NCBI GenBank assembly: GCA_963665295.1
Contig: OY762209.1
Location: 3,872,001-3,936,000, forward strand
DNA from: Syntrophorhabdaceae bacterium
Lineage (GTDB): Bacteria; Desulfobacterota; Syntrophorhabdia; Syntrophorhabdales; Syntrophorhabdaceae
Direction of reading: 5' to 3'
Length of the DNA stretch: 64,000 nucleotides
Of the stretch, positions 51,863 to 61,395 are shown in pieces. The position numbers and the translations under genes are program-made. The notes under the pieces are model-generated. The model worked only from the letters and a program-made list of their open reading frames with translations. It was not told where the DNA came from and searched no databases. Positions within the stretch are counted from its first letter, which is position 1, and every line of letters begins with the position of its first letter.

Positions 51863-52816
51863 ATGGCAAAGGGTAAGAAGGTTGAGGCAGGGTTGTTACC
51901 AAGGCTGATTCTGGGAATTTCTGTCCCCATCCTGCTGGCTTTTTTGATCATCGGCAACATGCTTTTCTTTACCACCACCCTTGGCAGGTTCCAGTTGAAA
52001 AGTATCAAGGACATCGGCTATGAAAGTCTGCGAGAAGTGAGCGTTGCAGCCCTGAGAGAATCAACCACGGCTTTGAACAAGCTCGGTGAGCGAATGATTC
52101 AGGAGAAAGCTGCGGATGTCGCAAATGAGATTGAGATCTTCATGAGGTCCATGCCCAGATCGAAAACAGGTAACCCCGTGTTCAGGAACCCCCAGCTTAA
52201 GGAAATAGCCGTACAGAAAGTCGGGTCCACGGGCTATACCGCGGTTCACGACTCGACGGGTCTTGTATATTTCCACTCGAACCCGCAGATGGAAGGGGCG
52301 GTCCTGAGCGTGGCTGCCGCCAAGTTGCCCCAGTTCTTGAAAATCATCGACACGGGCCTTAAAGGGCCTGCCGCCGGTTACTATGACTGGAAGGACCAGG
52401 ATGGGAAGATACGCCCCAAATACATGTACACGGTGCCCGTGAAAGGCACAAACCTCATCGTGGCCGCCACCACCTACATCGATGAATTCTCGAAACCTGT
52501 CAAGGCTGTCGAACAGAAGATCAGGCAAATAGAGCAAACATACACCGCGCAATATGAAAACAGGTTCAGAGTCTTCTATGTGATCGTATTCCTCGACCTC
52601 GTCATTCTCCTGATGGTGATCTACCTTTATTCCTTCTCAGTTATTCGCCCGCTCCGTCAACTGTCGGAGATTGCCGACAAGATCAGCATGGGGGATCTCA
52701 AGACAAGCATCAACGTCAAAGCTCACGGAGAGGTAAAGGTTCTCGCCGAGTCGATAGAGAGGATGCAAATGAGCGTCAAGGCGGCAATCGAGCGGCTCCA
52801 GAGGAGACGGGGTTAG
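51863..52816 (+). CDS. Membrane sensor with Cache-like extracytoplasmic domain and terminal HAMP, no output domain
   Basis: TM1, VGSTGYTAV..HSNP..GYYDW (Cache-like), TM2, IRPLRQLSEIADKISMGDL..EVKVLAESIERM, then stop; AGGAGG RBS. Confidence 0.8.
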   Translation: MAKGKKVEAGLLPRLILGISVPILLAFLIIGNMLFFTTTLGRFQLKSIKDIGYESLREVSVAALRESTTALNKLGERMIQEKAADVANEIEIFMRSMPRSKTGNPVFRNPQLKEIAVQKVGSTGYTAVHDSTGLVYFHSNPQMEGAVLSVAAAKLPQFLKIIDTGLKGPAAGYYDWKDQDGKIRPKYMYTVPVKGTNLIVAATTYIDEFSKPVKAVEQKIRQIEQTYTAQYENRFRVFYVIVFLDLVILLMVIYLYSFSVIRPLRQLSEIADKISMGDLKTSINVKAHGEVKVLAESIERMQMSVKAAIERLQRRRG

Positions 52817-52880
52817 ATAGACGGTTCCTTCGCGCTTTCCGAACAGGGGCGTCAAGTTAAAGTGTTAAGGGGGTAAAGGT

Positions 52881-54155
52881 ATGACATTTCCCAAGGGAGA
52901 AGTAATTCACCAGGATTTATCCACGGCGTATACGGATACTTCCGAGCTTCTGTCGACCCTGATGTCGAACGGTTTTTCGGGCGTCGTCGAATTGGTGTTT
53001 CCCCGGTGCAAAGGTGCTTTCTTCATAAGCTCCGGTCTCGTGGTCAACGCCGTCGTGGAAGACCGCATGGGCGGTGTTATGATGGCAGGAGAAGAAGCCA
53101 CACAACAGCTCCTCTCTTTTTCCGACCAGGAAGACGGCACTCTCACTGTGGTTCGTCTCAGCCAAACTCAGGTGGAATTCGCAGCAAGCGCGTTCGGGTC
53201 GGAAGTCATACACAAAGACCTCTCTACCGATTTTGTAAAGCTGGACCGGTTCATTCGCAAACTGGCCGATGAAAAGCATAACGGCTTTCTCGAGATTTTC
53301 AGCCGGGAGGGAGAGCCCTTGGGGACCATATTTTTCAAAGACGGCAATCCCGCAGGTATCTACAACCCGTCTGCCTCTCCCTCTTTTCGGGAACCCGAGG
53401 CAGTCCCGGAATTCCTCGGGCAAATCAGCAGGCAGGGTGCCACATTCAATGTTCACAGGAGTATCGTGCGATTCCCTCTCAAGGACAAGACCCCGGCTGG
53501 AGAGGCCACTGTCCGGTCCCCCTCCGAAAGGCCGCCGGAGAGGCAGGAAATTGTACCCGGGCCCGAGAGACCGATGGAGGAGGAAGAGACCATAATAGTC
53601 CGGGAAGAGGACCCTCCGGGGATGGAAGAGATGGCTGTTGAGCCGGAAAGATCGACGGGTAGGGAAGAACCCGTAGCCTATGAAGACCGTCAACCGCCGA
53701 GACCTCAGAAGGACATGTTTCAGGAAGAGAAAGAATCAATGGAAAGGGGCTGGGTTGCGGTAAATGCGGTGAACAAGGAGATGAATGGTCGTAGCGAGCT
53801 CATCGTGACCCTCCAGAAGATACTCGCGAGGGTCGAACAGCTTGTGGACGGCTTTTCCCAGAAAGGGACTTTTCAAAGGACCTTTAAAGGAGTCCTCATC
53901 GATAAATCGGATCAGTACCCTTTTATCGATCCCTTTGCAGGCCAATTCGACTATTATGACGGCAAGATATCCCTTGATGAAGAAATAGACACCGAAAAGT
54001 TCGGCGCGGGTATTGCGGATTGTTTCAACCTTACGTTGTCGCGCCTCAAAAAGGGGTTTCCCAAAAACATGGTCCTGCCTCATGGCCTGAAGACGGATAT
54101 TGAATCTTTCCTGAAATGCTACCCGGAACCGGAGCAATTCGGCGGTGAGACTTAA
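52881..54155 (+). CDS. Hypothetical protein with two DUF4388/DUF2226-like repeats, acidic Pro-rich linker and YPFIDPF domain
   Basis: Internal repeat EVIHQDLST..GFSGVVEL / EVIHKDLST..HNGFLEI; AAGGGGG RBS. Confidence 0.7.
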   Translation: MTFPKGEVIHQDLSTAYTDTSELLSTLMSNGFSGVVELVFPRCKGAFFISSGLVVNAVVEDRMGGVMMAGEEATQQLLSFSDQEDGTLTVVRLSQTQVEFAASAFGSEVIHKDLSTDFVKLDRFIRKLADEKHNGFLEIFSREGEPLGTIFFKDGNPAGIYNPSASPSFREPEAVPEFLGQISRQGATFNVHRSIVRFPLKDKTPAGEATVRSPSERPPERQEIVPGPERPMEEEETIIVREEDPPGMEEMAVEPERSTGREEPVAYEDRQPPRPQKDMFQEEKESMERGWVAVNAVNKEMNGRSELIVTLQKILARVEQLVDGFSQKGTFQRTFKGVLIDKSDQYPFIDPFAGQFDYYDGKISLDEEIDTEKFGAGIADCFNLTLSRLKKGFPKNMVLPHGLKTDIESFLKCYPEPEQFGGET

Positions 54156-55150
54156 TCGCGGAGAAATTTGGTCAACTTTCGCCGTAAGAAGTCTCTTTCC
54201 CACATGGGCGTCATTTCCTTTATGAGGGCGGCAGTGCTCATCTTTCGACGCGCCATGATCGATCTCCTCTTTTTCAGCATACGGGGCAGGAGCCTCACTG
54301 CATCCCTCTTTGCCCTGAAAAAGAGGCGGATTTTCCCGTGTTTAAGCCCGAAATAGATCAGTTCGGAGAGAAATCCCACTAAAAACTCAGGAAGACACAG
54401 GACAAAGGCTGAAAGGGGGATATCCTTCATCCTCACGAGTTCACTGTTTCTCAGCGTGTAATATGTCTGCATGTCACTCATGTATCCGATGGACGAGGTT
54501 ACTTTGTGACGCACCACCGCGGTGGGCACGAACAGTATCTTCCATCCCGCGAGTTTTGCCCTGATGTTGAGATCCGTATCTTCGTGAATCAAGAAGAAGT
54601 CGTTATCGAGAAAGCCGATCTCTTCAAGCATGCTCCTCCGATACAAGGCAGCCCCTGCGCAGGCGCCGAACACATACATGGGCTCATCGAATCTTGCCGG
54701 GAGACTCCCCTCGCCCCTTTTGAAGCCCTTGAGTGACCTTGTGTACCCATCACCCGCGCTGTCGATCGTGCCGTCCCGGCAGGAGACCAACTTGGAGGCG
54801 CAAATCCCGGTCAACGGGTCCCCTTCCATAGCATTGGAGAGGGCTTCGAGCCAACCCTCATGGGGTTCCGTATCATTGTTCAATAAGGCAAGGTACTTAC
54901 CCGATGCATATTCGAGCGCCTCTATGTTTCCCCCGGCAAATCCGAGATTTTTTTTCAGCGGAACGAACTTGATTTTTGTCCCCATGGGGCTTCGCTTCAT
55001 GAACTCCATGATGACTTCAGATGAACGGTCCACCGAACCGTTATCGACGATCACCGTCTCGAAATCACGGAAAGTCTGGGCCTCAAGGGCCGTAAGACAG
55101 TCCGCAATCAGGTGCTCGCCGTTGAAATTGACTATGATGACGCTAATCAT
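54152..55150 (-). CDS. GT2 glycosyltransferase
   Basis: ISVIIVNFN, VDNGSVD, NLGFAGGN, LLNND, GACAGAALYRR, EDTD. Confidence 0.9.
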   Translation of the reverse strand: MISVIIVNFNGEHLIADCLTALEAQTFRDFETVIVDNGSVDRSSEVIMEFMKRSPMGTKIKFVPLKKNLGFAGGNIEALEYASGKYLALLNNDTEPHEGWLEALSNAMEGDPLTGICASKLVSCRDGTIDSAGDGYTRSLKGFKRGEGSLPARFDEPMYVFGACAGAALYRRSMLEEIGFLDNDFFLIHEDTDLNIRAKLAGWKILFVPTAVVRHKVTSSIGYMSDMQTYYTLRNSELVRMKDIPLSAFVLCLPEFLVGFLSELIYFGLKHGKIRLFFRAKRDAVRLLPRMLKKRRSIMARRKMSTAALIKEMTPMWERDFLRRKLTKFLRD

Positions 55151-55189
55151 GGAGCACGCAGGGAAACGGGGAGATTGAATAAAACAGTG

Positions 55190-56995
55190 TCATGGAAAGG
55201 CGATCGTAAAATCGGCCCTGTCGCCGTTCAAGTTTACATTATAGTATGGATCTCCTTTCCTGAGCAGGTGCTTCCATCTTTTCTGATAAATTCCTATCTC
55301 CTTCCGCTCTCGTTTCATTTCTTTCGATGTGGTGGGGTATCCCCGTGTTTTGTATTCGTGATGGCAGAGTTCCGCCCACGGGGTCCATATTATAAGGTAA
55401 CCCTTCTCCCGGAGACGCAGGCAAAAGTCGATATCATTGTACGCCACGACGAGAGATTCGTCAAAGCCTCCGATCTCTTCAAAAACATCCCGTCGCGTCA
55501 TGAGGCAGGCTGCGGTGACGGCGCTCACGTTCCTCGCGATCTTCAGCTGGCCGAGGTATCCCGTGGAGTCCTTCGCATACCCTCTGAATGCATGGTCCGC
55601 GACCCCCGCTATGGATATGACGATACCCCCGTGCTGAACCATGCCGTCAGGGTAATATAGCTTTGCTCCCACAGCGCCCACGTCCTTTCTCACGAGATAT
55701 TCGGACATGCGTTCGAGCCAGTCGGGACTAATCACCTCCACGTCGTTGTTGAGAAAGAGTATAAGATCGCCATGGGTGACGGAGACGGCAAAGTTGTTCA
55801 GAGCCGAATAATTGAAAGGAGCGTTCCATTCCACGATCTTCACCCTGGGGTCCGACGTCAGTTTCGAGTATATGTCAAATGTCGCATCTTCACGGCTTCC
55901 GTTTTCCACCACCCATATTTCGTAGTCGCCATAAGTCGATTTCTTTGTGATGGAAGTGACGCATTTCTCCAGATCGGCCCCGTGGTCCTTGTTGGGAATG
56001 ATTATGGAGATATTTCTGTTACGGGGGGTCTGAAAAACAGTACGGCAAGTGCCCGGTATGACACCTTGAACGGCGTGTCCGCCGACACCGGTTCTCTTCA
56101 GATGTTTCCCGATGATATTCCGACTGTCGGCCAGACCCGGATCGCTTCCCGCAAGGCGGCTCGTGTGGCAAAGCACCTTCGGTATATGGGTAATTACGCG
56201 GGCCTTTTCCGTTGACTGAAGGACCAGGTCATAAAGGCCCACCTCCTGAGCCCCCTCTTCCAGGGACTCAATCTTCTCCAGCAATCCTCTGCGGACAAGA
56301 AAGAGACTGCCGATATAATTGCAGGATCGAAGAAGGTCAGGGCTCCAATCCGGTTTGAAACAGGGGTCCGACCGTGTGGCTCCGTCGTGAGAGATAAAAT
56401 CGTTGTCCGAATAGACACAATCCATGTCCTTGTTGTGATTCATTGCAGAAACGACCTCAAAAAGGGCAAAAGGGGCGATTTCATCGGTGGGGGCCACATA
56501 TCCAATAAAAGTGCCGCTACAAAATCCGGCCACTGTCCGCGGAATTCTCCATAGGGCAGCCGGGTCGGGGCTGCTTATCACTTTGACGCGCCGGTCATGG
56601 ACAGGAGGGGTGTCGTCATGGGCGGAGCGAATTACGACAAGCTCCCAGTTCTTATAGGTTTGCGTCATGAGAGACTCTATCAGACGCCCTTGCGGTTCCT
56701 CGTCGCTCCTTATTAAAGTAACAAGGGTTATTACGGGCGTTTCCCTAAAAGCAACTCGACCATGCCTTGCCAGTTGCTTTTCGTCCGGCTCATTCAGCTT
56801 AATCCAGAGGCTGTATGGGTCGGATTCATCATAATGGCGTCTCTTAAGAAAGACTTTCCGAAGAAAGACCTTCGGACCTCTGCCCCGCGTGTACACCATG
56901 GCGCCACGCAGGTTCTTCAACGTCGCAGCTCGCCTGAGTCTTTTGAAAATGCTTAGATCAAGCGCCAAATTACCTTCCACCTGCCCTCTCCTCAA
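55190..56995 (-). CDS. Two-domain GT2 glycosyltransferase (O-antigen biosynthesis type)
   Basis: FKPDWSPDLL, SIIIPNKD, FNYSALNN, LNNDVEV, SAVTAAC, YNDIDFCL, DPYYN. Confidence 0.9.
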   Translation of the reverse strand: MRRGQVEGNLALDLSIFKRLRRAATLKNLRGAMVYTRGRGPKVFLRKVFLKRRHYDESDPYSLWIKLNEPDEKQLARHGRVAFRETPVITLVTLIRSDEEPQGRLIESLMTQTYKNWELVVIRSAHDDTPPVHDRRVKVISSPDPAALWRIPRTVAGFCSGTFIGYVAPTDEIAPFALFEVVSAMNHNKDMDCVYSDNDFISHDGATRSDPCFKPDWSPDLLRSCNYIGSLFLVRRGLLEKIESLEEGAQEVGLYDLVLQSTEKARVITHIPKVLCHTSRLAGSDPGLADSRNIIGKHLKRTGVGGHAVQGVIPGTCRTVFQTPRNRNISIIIPNKDHGADLEKCVTSITKKSTYGDYEIWVVENGSREDATFDIYSKLTSDPRVKIVEWNAPFNYSALNNFAVSVTHGDLILFLNNDVEVISPDWLERMSEYLVRKDVGAVGAKLYYPDGMVQHGGIVISIAGVADHAFRGYAKDSTGYLGQLKIARNVSAVTAACLMTRRDVFEEIGGFDESLVVAYNDIDFCLRLREKGYLIIWTPWAELCHHEYKTRGYPTTSKEMKRERKEIGIYQKRWKHLLRKGDPYYNVNLNGDRADFTIAFP

Positions 56996-57759
56996 GTCGC
57001 CGCAACAGATTCGCCTCTCGGCAGAGGTGATGCGCCATATGCCTCTATGACTTCCTTCGGTTCGCCGGTCATACGGGCCGTATGATTTTCAATCCACAGG
57101 ACCCGGTCGCATATCTGTTCGATATTCTCCATCGAATGAGATACGAGCACCATGGTAACCCCCTTCTTTCTGAACTCTGCCATCCTGTCCAGACATTTCC
57201 TCTGAAATTCCATGTCTCCCACCGCAAGGATCTCATCGATAAGCAGTATCTCGGGGTCAAGGCACGCAACGATGGAGAACCCCAACCGGGCGAGCATACC
57301 ACTTGAATAAGTACGCACCGGCTGGTCCACGAAGTCGTCGAGTTCCGAAAATTGAATTATCTGATCCATTTTGGAAAGCACCTCGTGCCTTCTCAAACCG
57401 ATCAGAACGCCCTTCAAAACGATATTCTCCCTTCCCGTCAACTCCATGTGGAAACCGGCCCCCAGCTCAAGGAGGGGGGATATCCTTCCCTTCACGGTTA
57501 TCGCGCCGCGAGTCGGCTTCAGCACGCCGGCGATAAGACCAAGGATCGTGCTCTTCCCTGCTCCATTCCTTCCCACAATACCGAAGGCTTCTCCTTTCAG
57601 CACGTCGAATGAAACGTCGCGGAGGGCCTCGTACCGCGCCCCCCTCAAGGCCCCCAGGCCCTTGGGCAGGTGGAACAGGAAATTCTTTATACCCCCCGTT
57701 ATCTGATGGTAAAGGGGATAGGTTTTGGTGATATGTTCGAAGGTGATCACCTTTTCCAT
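56992..57759 (-). CDS. wzt: Polysaccharide ABC exporter ATPase
   Basis: GRNGAGKST, LELGAGF, YSSGMLARLGF, IDEILAVGD; no C-terminal carbohydrate-binding domain. Confidence 0.92.
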   Translation of the reverse strand: MEKVITFEHITKTYPLYHQITGGIKNFLFHLPKGLGALRGARYEALRDVSFDVLKGEAFGIVGRNGAGKSTILGLIAGVLKPTRGAITVKGRISPLLELGAGFHMELTGRENIVLKGVLIGLRRHEVLSKMDQIIQFSELDDFVDQPVRTYSSGMLARLGFSIVACLDPEILLIDEILAVGDMEFQRKCLDRMAEFRKKGVTMVLVSHSMENIEQICDRVLWIENHTARMTGEPKEVIEAYGASPLPRGESVAAT

Positions 57760-58526
57760 CACAACACCTCTGCAAAGCGCCATGATAGTCGTCTATAAGT
57801 GAAATAACCGATCCAGAAGACGGCGAGAGAATAACCCAGGCTGATAAGGAGGGACAGGGGTTCAATATTGCCGTTCATTAGAAGGTTCCGCCAGCCTACC
57901 ATGAGGTGCGCCACGGGGTTCAGGACCATCAGGTGTTTTATCTTCCCGGGTATCATGGTCTCCGGGTAAATTATGGGCGTGACGTAGAAGAGCAATGTGA
58001 GAGATATGGAGGTCAGTCTCTCGAGGTCCCTGAAAAAAAGATTGACCGACGAGATAAACAGGGCTATCCCGTAGGTCATGAAAAACTGGATGAGAAGGAG
58101 CGAAGGGACCCCGTAAAGCCACGACAGGGTGGGAGTCTTGTGGTATACAAACAGAAACAGGATAATCACCGGTATCGACAGAATATAGTGTACCATATCC
58201 TGCAGCACCACTGCAAAGACGAGCAACTCTCTCGGAAAGTTTATCTTCTTTATGATCGTCCAGTTGGCAAGATAGATGGTGGGGGCGGCATTGACGGAGT
58301 TGCTGAACCATTGCCATGGAAAGAGACCTGAGATGAGAAACAGGACGTAGCTCTCCACATCGATCCTGATCACGATCTTGAATGCAACGTAGAAGACCAT
58401 GGCGAAAACGAGAGGGTGCCCCACGGACCACAGATATCCGAAAAAGGTGCTCTTGTACCTTACCTTAAGGTCCTTCTCGATGAAGACAAGGATGATATCA
58501 ATGAAATGGTGGATTCTGTAACTCAT
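57759..58526 (-). CDS. wzm: Polysaccharide ABC exporter permease
   Basis: DLKVRYKST..GYLW, LFPWQWF, KKINFP, FRD, TPIIY, NP, C-terminal FAEVL. Confidence 0.92.
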   Translation of the reverse strand: MSYRIHHFIDIILVFIEKDLKVRYKSTFFGYLWSVGHPLVFAMVFYVAFKIVIRIDVESYVLFLISGLFPWQWFSNSVNAAPTIYLANWTIIKKINFPRELLVFAVVLQDMVHYILSIPVIILFLFVYHKTPTLSWLYGVPSLLLIQFFMTYGIALFISSVNLFFRDLERLTSISLTLLFYVTPIIYPETMIPGKIKHLMVLNPVAHLMVGWRNLLMNGNIEPLSLLISLGYSLAVFWIGYFTYRRLSWRFAEVL

Positions 58527-58542
58527 AGCGGTGTGGAATTCT

Positions 58543-60645
58543 TTACCATAATTTGTGCGTTATCTGTTCATCTTTTTCGTAAAACCCCACCTTATCCTGC
58601 AGGTAGGAAAGGAGCGACTCTCTTGAAATATAATTGCGGGACTTGAAACTCGTAATTACGTAAATCCCGTCGCGAGCGTCTTTGAGGTTCTTTCGCGCAA
58701 TATCGACCGCCCGCGCCCTGTTGCCTTTTGCGTATTCGAGAGACGCCTCCAGGTCGCGGATCTTGTAGATAAATATCCCCCTGGGATTGTGTGGCGTTCT
58801 GAACTTGGGAATATACCGGTCAAATCCCCTGATGCAACTGATCGCGAGATCATATTTTCCCGCGGCGAGGTAGTAACATGCGATTTCGTAAGTATAATAG
58901 GGCGAAGACGGGTAGTAAGACAGGGCCTCATTGAAATAGAAATTCGATCTCGCCTCGTCTCCGACAAAGGCATAGCCCTGACCCATAGTCAGGTAGCGTT
59001 CCGAATTGCGGTCGTTCTTTCGCGCCATCGCGTTCAGATATTGTCTAAGCTCATCGACCATGGCACTCGTGCCCTTCTCGTCTTTCCGGGACCCGGCGAG
59101 TTCCATCAGGGTCGCGGTTGCCTTGACGTAGGGCTCCGAACTGAAGGGCATCGTGGTCATAGCATTTCTATACAGGGAGAGAGCGGCCGCAGGCAAACCG
59201 GCTTCGCGGAAAAGGTCGCCGTTCTCCACGTCCTTTCTCTCCATACCGACCCTCGAATTGAATGCGAATGCGACGAGAAGGCAGATGAGGACAAGGGCAA
59301 ATGACACAAGCTCATGAGGTTCGCGCCTAGCGTTGGAGCTCTGTGAATTATCCGGAGATATTTGCACGAGAAAGAATGAGGTGAGGACAAAGAAAGTGAT
59401 CACATGAGAGGCCACGTCAAAAGAGAAATCGACGACGCCAAAGAGGAAGCCCGAAAGTACCGAGAGGAAGAGCAGGCTCTCAAAAGGGCCCCACTTTGTA
59501 CGTCCCGCCCCGAGGAGAACCCCCGCGAGGTAGAAGAGGAAACACAGGAGTCCGGCAATCCCGAGTTCAACCGCTATTTTTACCACGGTGCTGTGTGCCA
59601 CGACAGTATACGATCCGCCATCAAAGTATTTTCTGTACGCGTATTCGAAGGCGCCGGACCCGAAACCCACGAGAGGTTTTGCCTTGAACGCATTGACGGC
59701 ATTCTTCCATATATCGGTCCTCGTATTCAGCGTGGACAGGTCTTTGTACACAGTTTTGGTCTTATGGGTTATAACTCCCTGAACCGCCGACCCCTCCTTG
59801 GCACCCGCACCATGGAATACGGCAAGGGTAACCCCAAGTGCAAGGACGAGGGCAATACACAGGCTTACCATCCCCCGCCATTCTCTCTTCAGGGCAAGGC
59901 CTGCAAAACTCACCATGATGCATATAAACACAATGCCCAAACCGATGCGGGTCGAACTCAATATGACCCCGGTTATGATCAGGGCACATGCGGCGGACGA
60001 TATGACGGTGCGGACCACGCCTTTTCCATACGCCGCGAAATAGATCGCAAGAGGAAGGACAAAGGCAAGATAGCCTCCAAGTATGTTGTGGTACGAGTAT
60101 GATGAAAAAGGAATGCCGGACTGCTCCTTTAATATTTGCGCATACACGCCCTCCTGGAAGACATGGGCAAGTCCGGGGAACAGGACCTCGTGTTGGATGA
60201 TCTGAGAGATCGCGCACCCGGCGGCTCCGGCCACGAGTCCTGCCAGACAGGTTTTCTTCGCGGGATACATCAGGAAAAGATAGGCGCCCCCTGCCGCCCA
60301 GATCAGGACCTCCACATAAAGCATTCCCCCGAATCTGTTCCAGGAGTAATAGAGACTGATGACGTTCATAGCGGGGAAAGGGAGAAAGAAGACGAGAAAC
60401 TGCAGGAACCCGGACCGATCCCCCTTGCCTTCGAGATACACGGACGTAATGGAAAGAATAAGAAGGAGGGTAAAGAGACTTTCGATCCAGAACCTGTCGA
60501 TGTTAACGTAGAAGAGAGCAAGGTTGTTACCCCCGAGAAAGGGGATCAGAAAGAAGGTCAGCAGCGTGAAGACCTTCCCCGGTTTCAGGCCCGGCCGCAC
60601 CTTCGCCGGTTTTTCAGCTGAGCAAGTTTCCACAAAGGCGCTCAT
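58543..60645 (-). CDS. O-antigen ligase / O-oligosaccharyltransferase-like membrane protein with C-terminal TPR-like region
   Basis: About 13 hydrophobic segments, RTDIWKNA..PLVGFGSG, AHS..ELG.AG (Wzy_C pattern), helical repeats after ~aa 465. Confidence 0.8.
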   Translation of the reverse strand: MSAFVETCSAEKPAKVRPGLKPGKVFTLLTFFLIPFLGGNNLALFYVNIDRFWIESLFTLLLILSITSVYLEGKGDRSGFLQFLVFFLPFPAMNVISLYYSWNRFGGMLYVEVLIWAAGGAYLFLMYPAKKTCLAGLVAGAAGCAISQIIQHEVLFPGLAHVFQEGVYAQILKEQSGIPFSSYSYHNILGGYLAFVLPLAIYFAAYGKGVVRTVISSAACALIITGVILSSTRIGLGIVFICIMVSFAGLALKREWRGMVSLCIALVLALGVTLAVFHGAGAKEGSAVQGVITHKTKTVYKDLSTLNTRTDIWKNAVNAFKAKPLVGFGSGAFEYAYRKYFDGGSYTVVAHSTVVKIAVELGIAGLLCFLFYLAGVLLGAGRTKWGPFESLLFLSVLSGFLFGVVDFSFDVASHVITFFVLTSFFLVQISPDNSQSSNARREPHELVSFALVLICLLVAFAFNSRVGMERKDVENGDLFREAGLPAAALSLYRNAMTTMPFSSEPYVKATATLMELAGSRKDEKGTSAMVDELRQYLNAMARKNDRNSERYLTMGQGYAFVGDEARSNFYFNEALSYYPSSPYYTYEIACYYLAAGKYDLAISCIRGFDRYIPKFRTPHNPRGIFIYKIRDLEASLEYAKGNRARAVDIARKNLKDARDGIYVITSFKSRNYISRESLLSYLQDKVGFYEKDEQITHKLW

Positions 60646-61394
60646 TGGGCCGCCATCTGCGTCTGGATGCTTACGGGGTAGGCCGTCTCCCCACCCTGGC
60701 CGTCGGATACCTTTACTGTAACGGTAAATTTACCCTGGGTCCGGCCATCGACCGTCCACTCTACGAGCCCGCTCTTAGGGTTGATTGTCATCCCTTTAGG
60801 GGGGTCCGCAAGGGAATAGGTCATCGCGTCGCCGTCGGGGTCGGCTGCAATAACCTGATAGGTGAGATGTGTATCATCGGTCTTGATGTTTTTGACCTCG
60901 AGAACCTTTGGAGCCGAGTTCCTTATCTCTGTAGTAAGTACCTTCGCGCGACCGCGCCTCTCACCGTCAACAGGGGTAATTTTCACCCCCATCTTATCGC
61001 CCCTCTTGAAGCCGGTTACACTCCTTTCGCGTCCCGCGGGCCTGCCGTTGTTGGTCCAGTCATATTCATAATGAACCGCCTCCGGTCCCGCCACTTTGTC
61101 CAGCACTACAACGCCGATCTCGTCGTTTCCATCTTTCGATTCGAGCACCATCCGCACATTCCTCACGCCTTCCGCAAGAATCCTGTCCCTGTCGGCCTTT
61201 ATCTGATTTCCTTCCGGCAGGGTCGTGTGACTATTCACGTACTCAACGCCCGTTGGCCCGCCCGACTGTTCGGCCCTTTCCGTGTTTTTTGTACACCCGT
61301 TGCAGAGGAGAAGCAAGAGGATAATCGACGCGACCAAGATTGATGCAGGTACCCTGCGCTCCGCATTATCCGGCCTATGAGGTATTCTTTTCAT
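60642..61394 (-). CDS. Putative lipoprotein with C-terminal Ig/cadherin-like domain
   Basis: LLLLCNGC lipobox-like motif, NSAP, AADPDGDAMTYSL..PKGMTINPKSG..W, VSDGQGG; alternative start at 61406. Confidence 0.75.
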   Translation of the reverse strand: MKRIPHRPDNAERRVPASILVASIILLLLLCNGCTKNTERAEQSGGPTGVEYVNSHTTLPEGNQIKADRDRILAEGVRNVRMVLESKDGNDEIGVVVLDKVAGPEAVHYEYDWTNNGRPAGRERSVTGFKRGDKMGVKITPVDGERRGRAKVLTTEIRNSAPKVLEVKNIKTDDTHLTYQVIAADPDGDAMTYSLADPPKGMTINPKSGLVEWTVDGRTQGKFTVTVKVSDGQGGETAYPVSIQTQMAAQ

Positions 61395-61395
61395 T

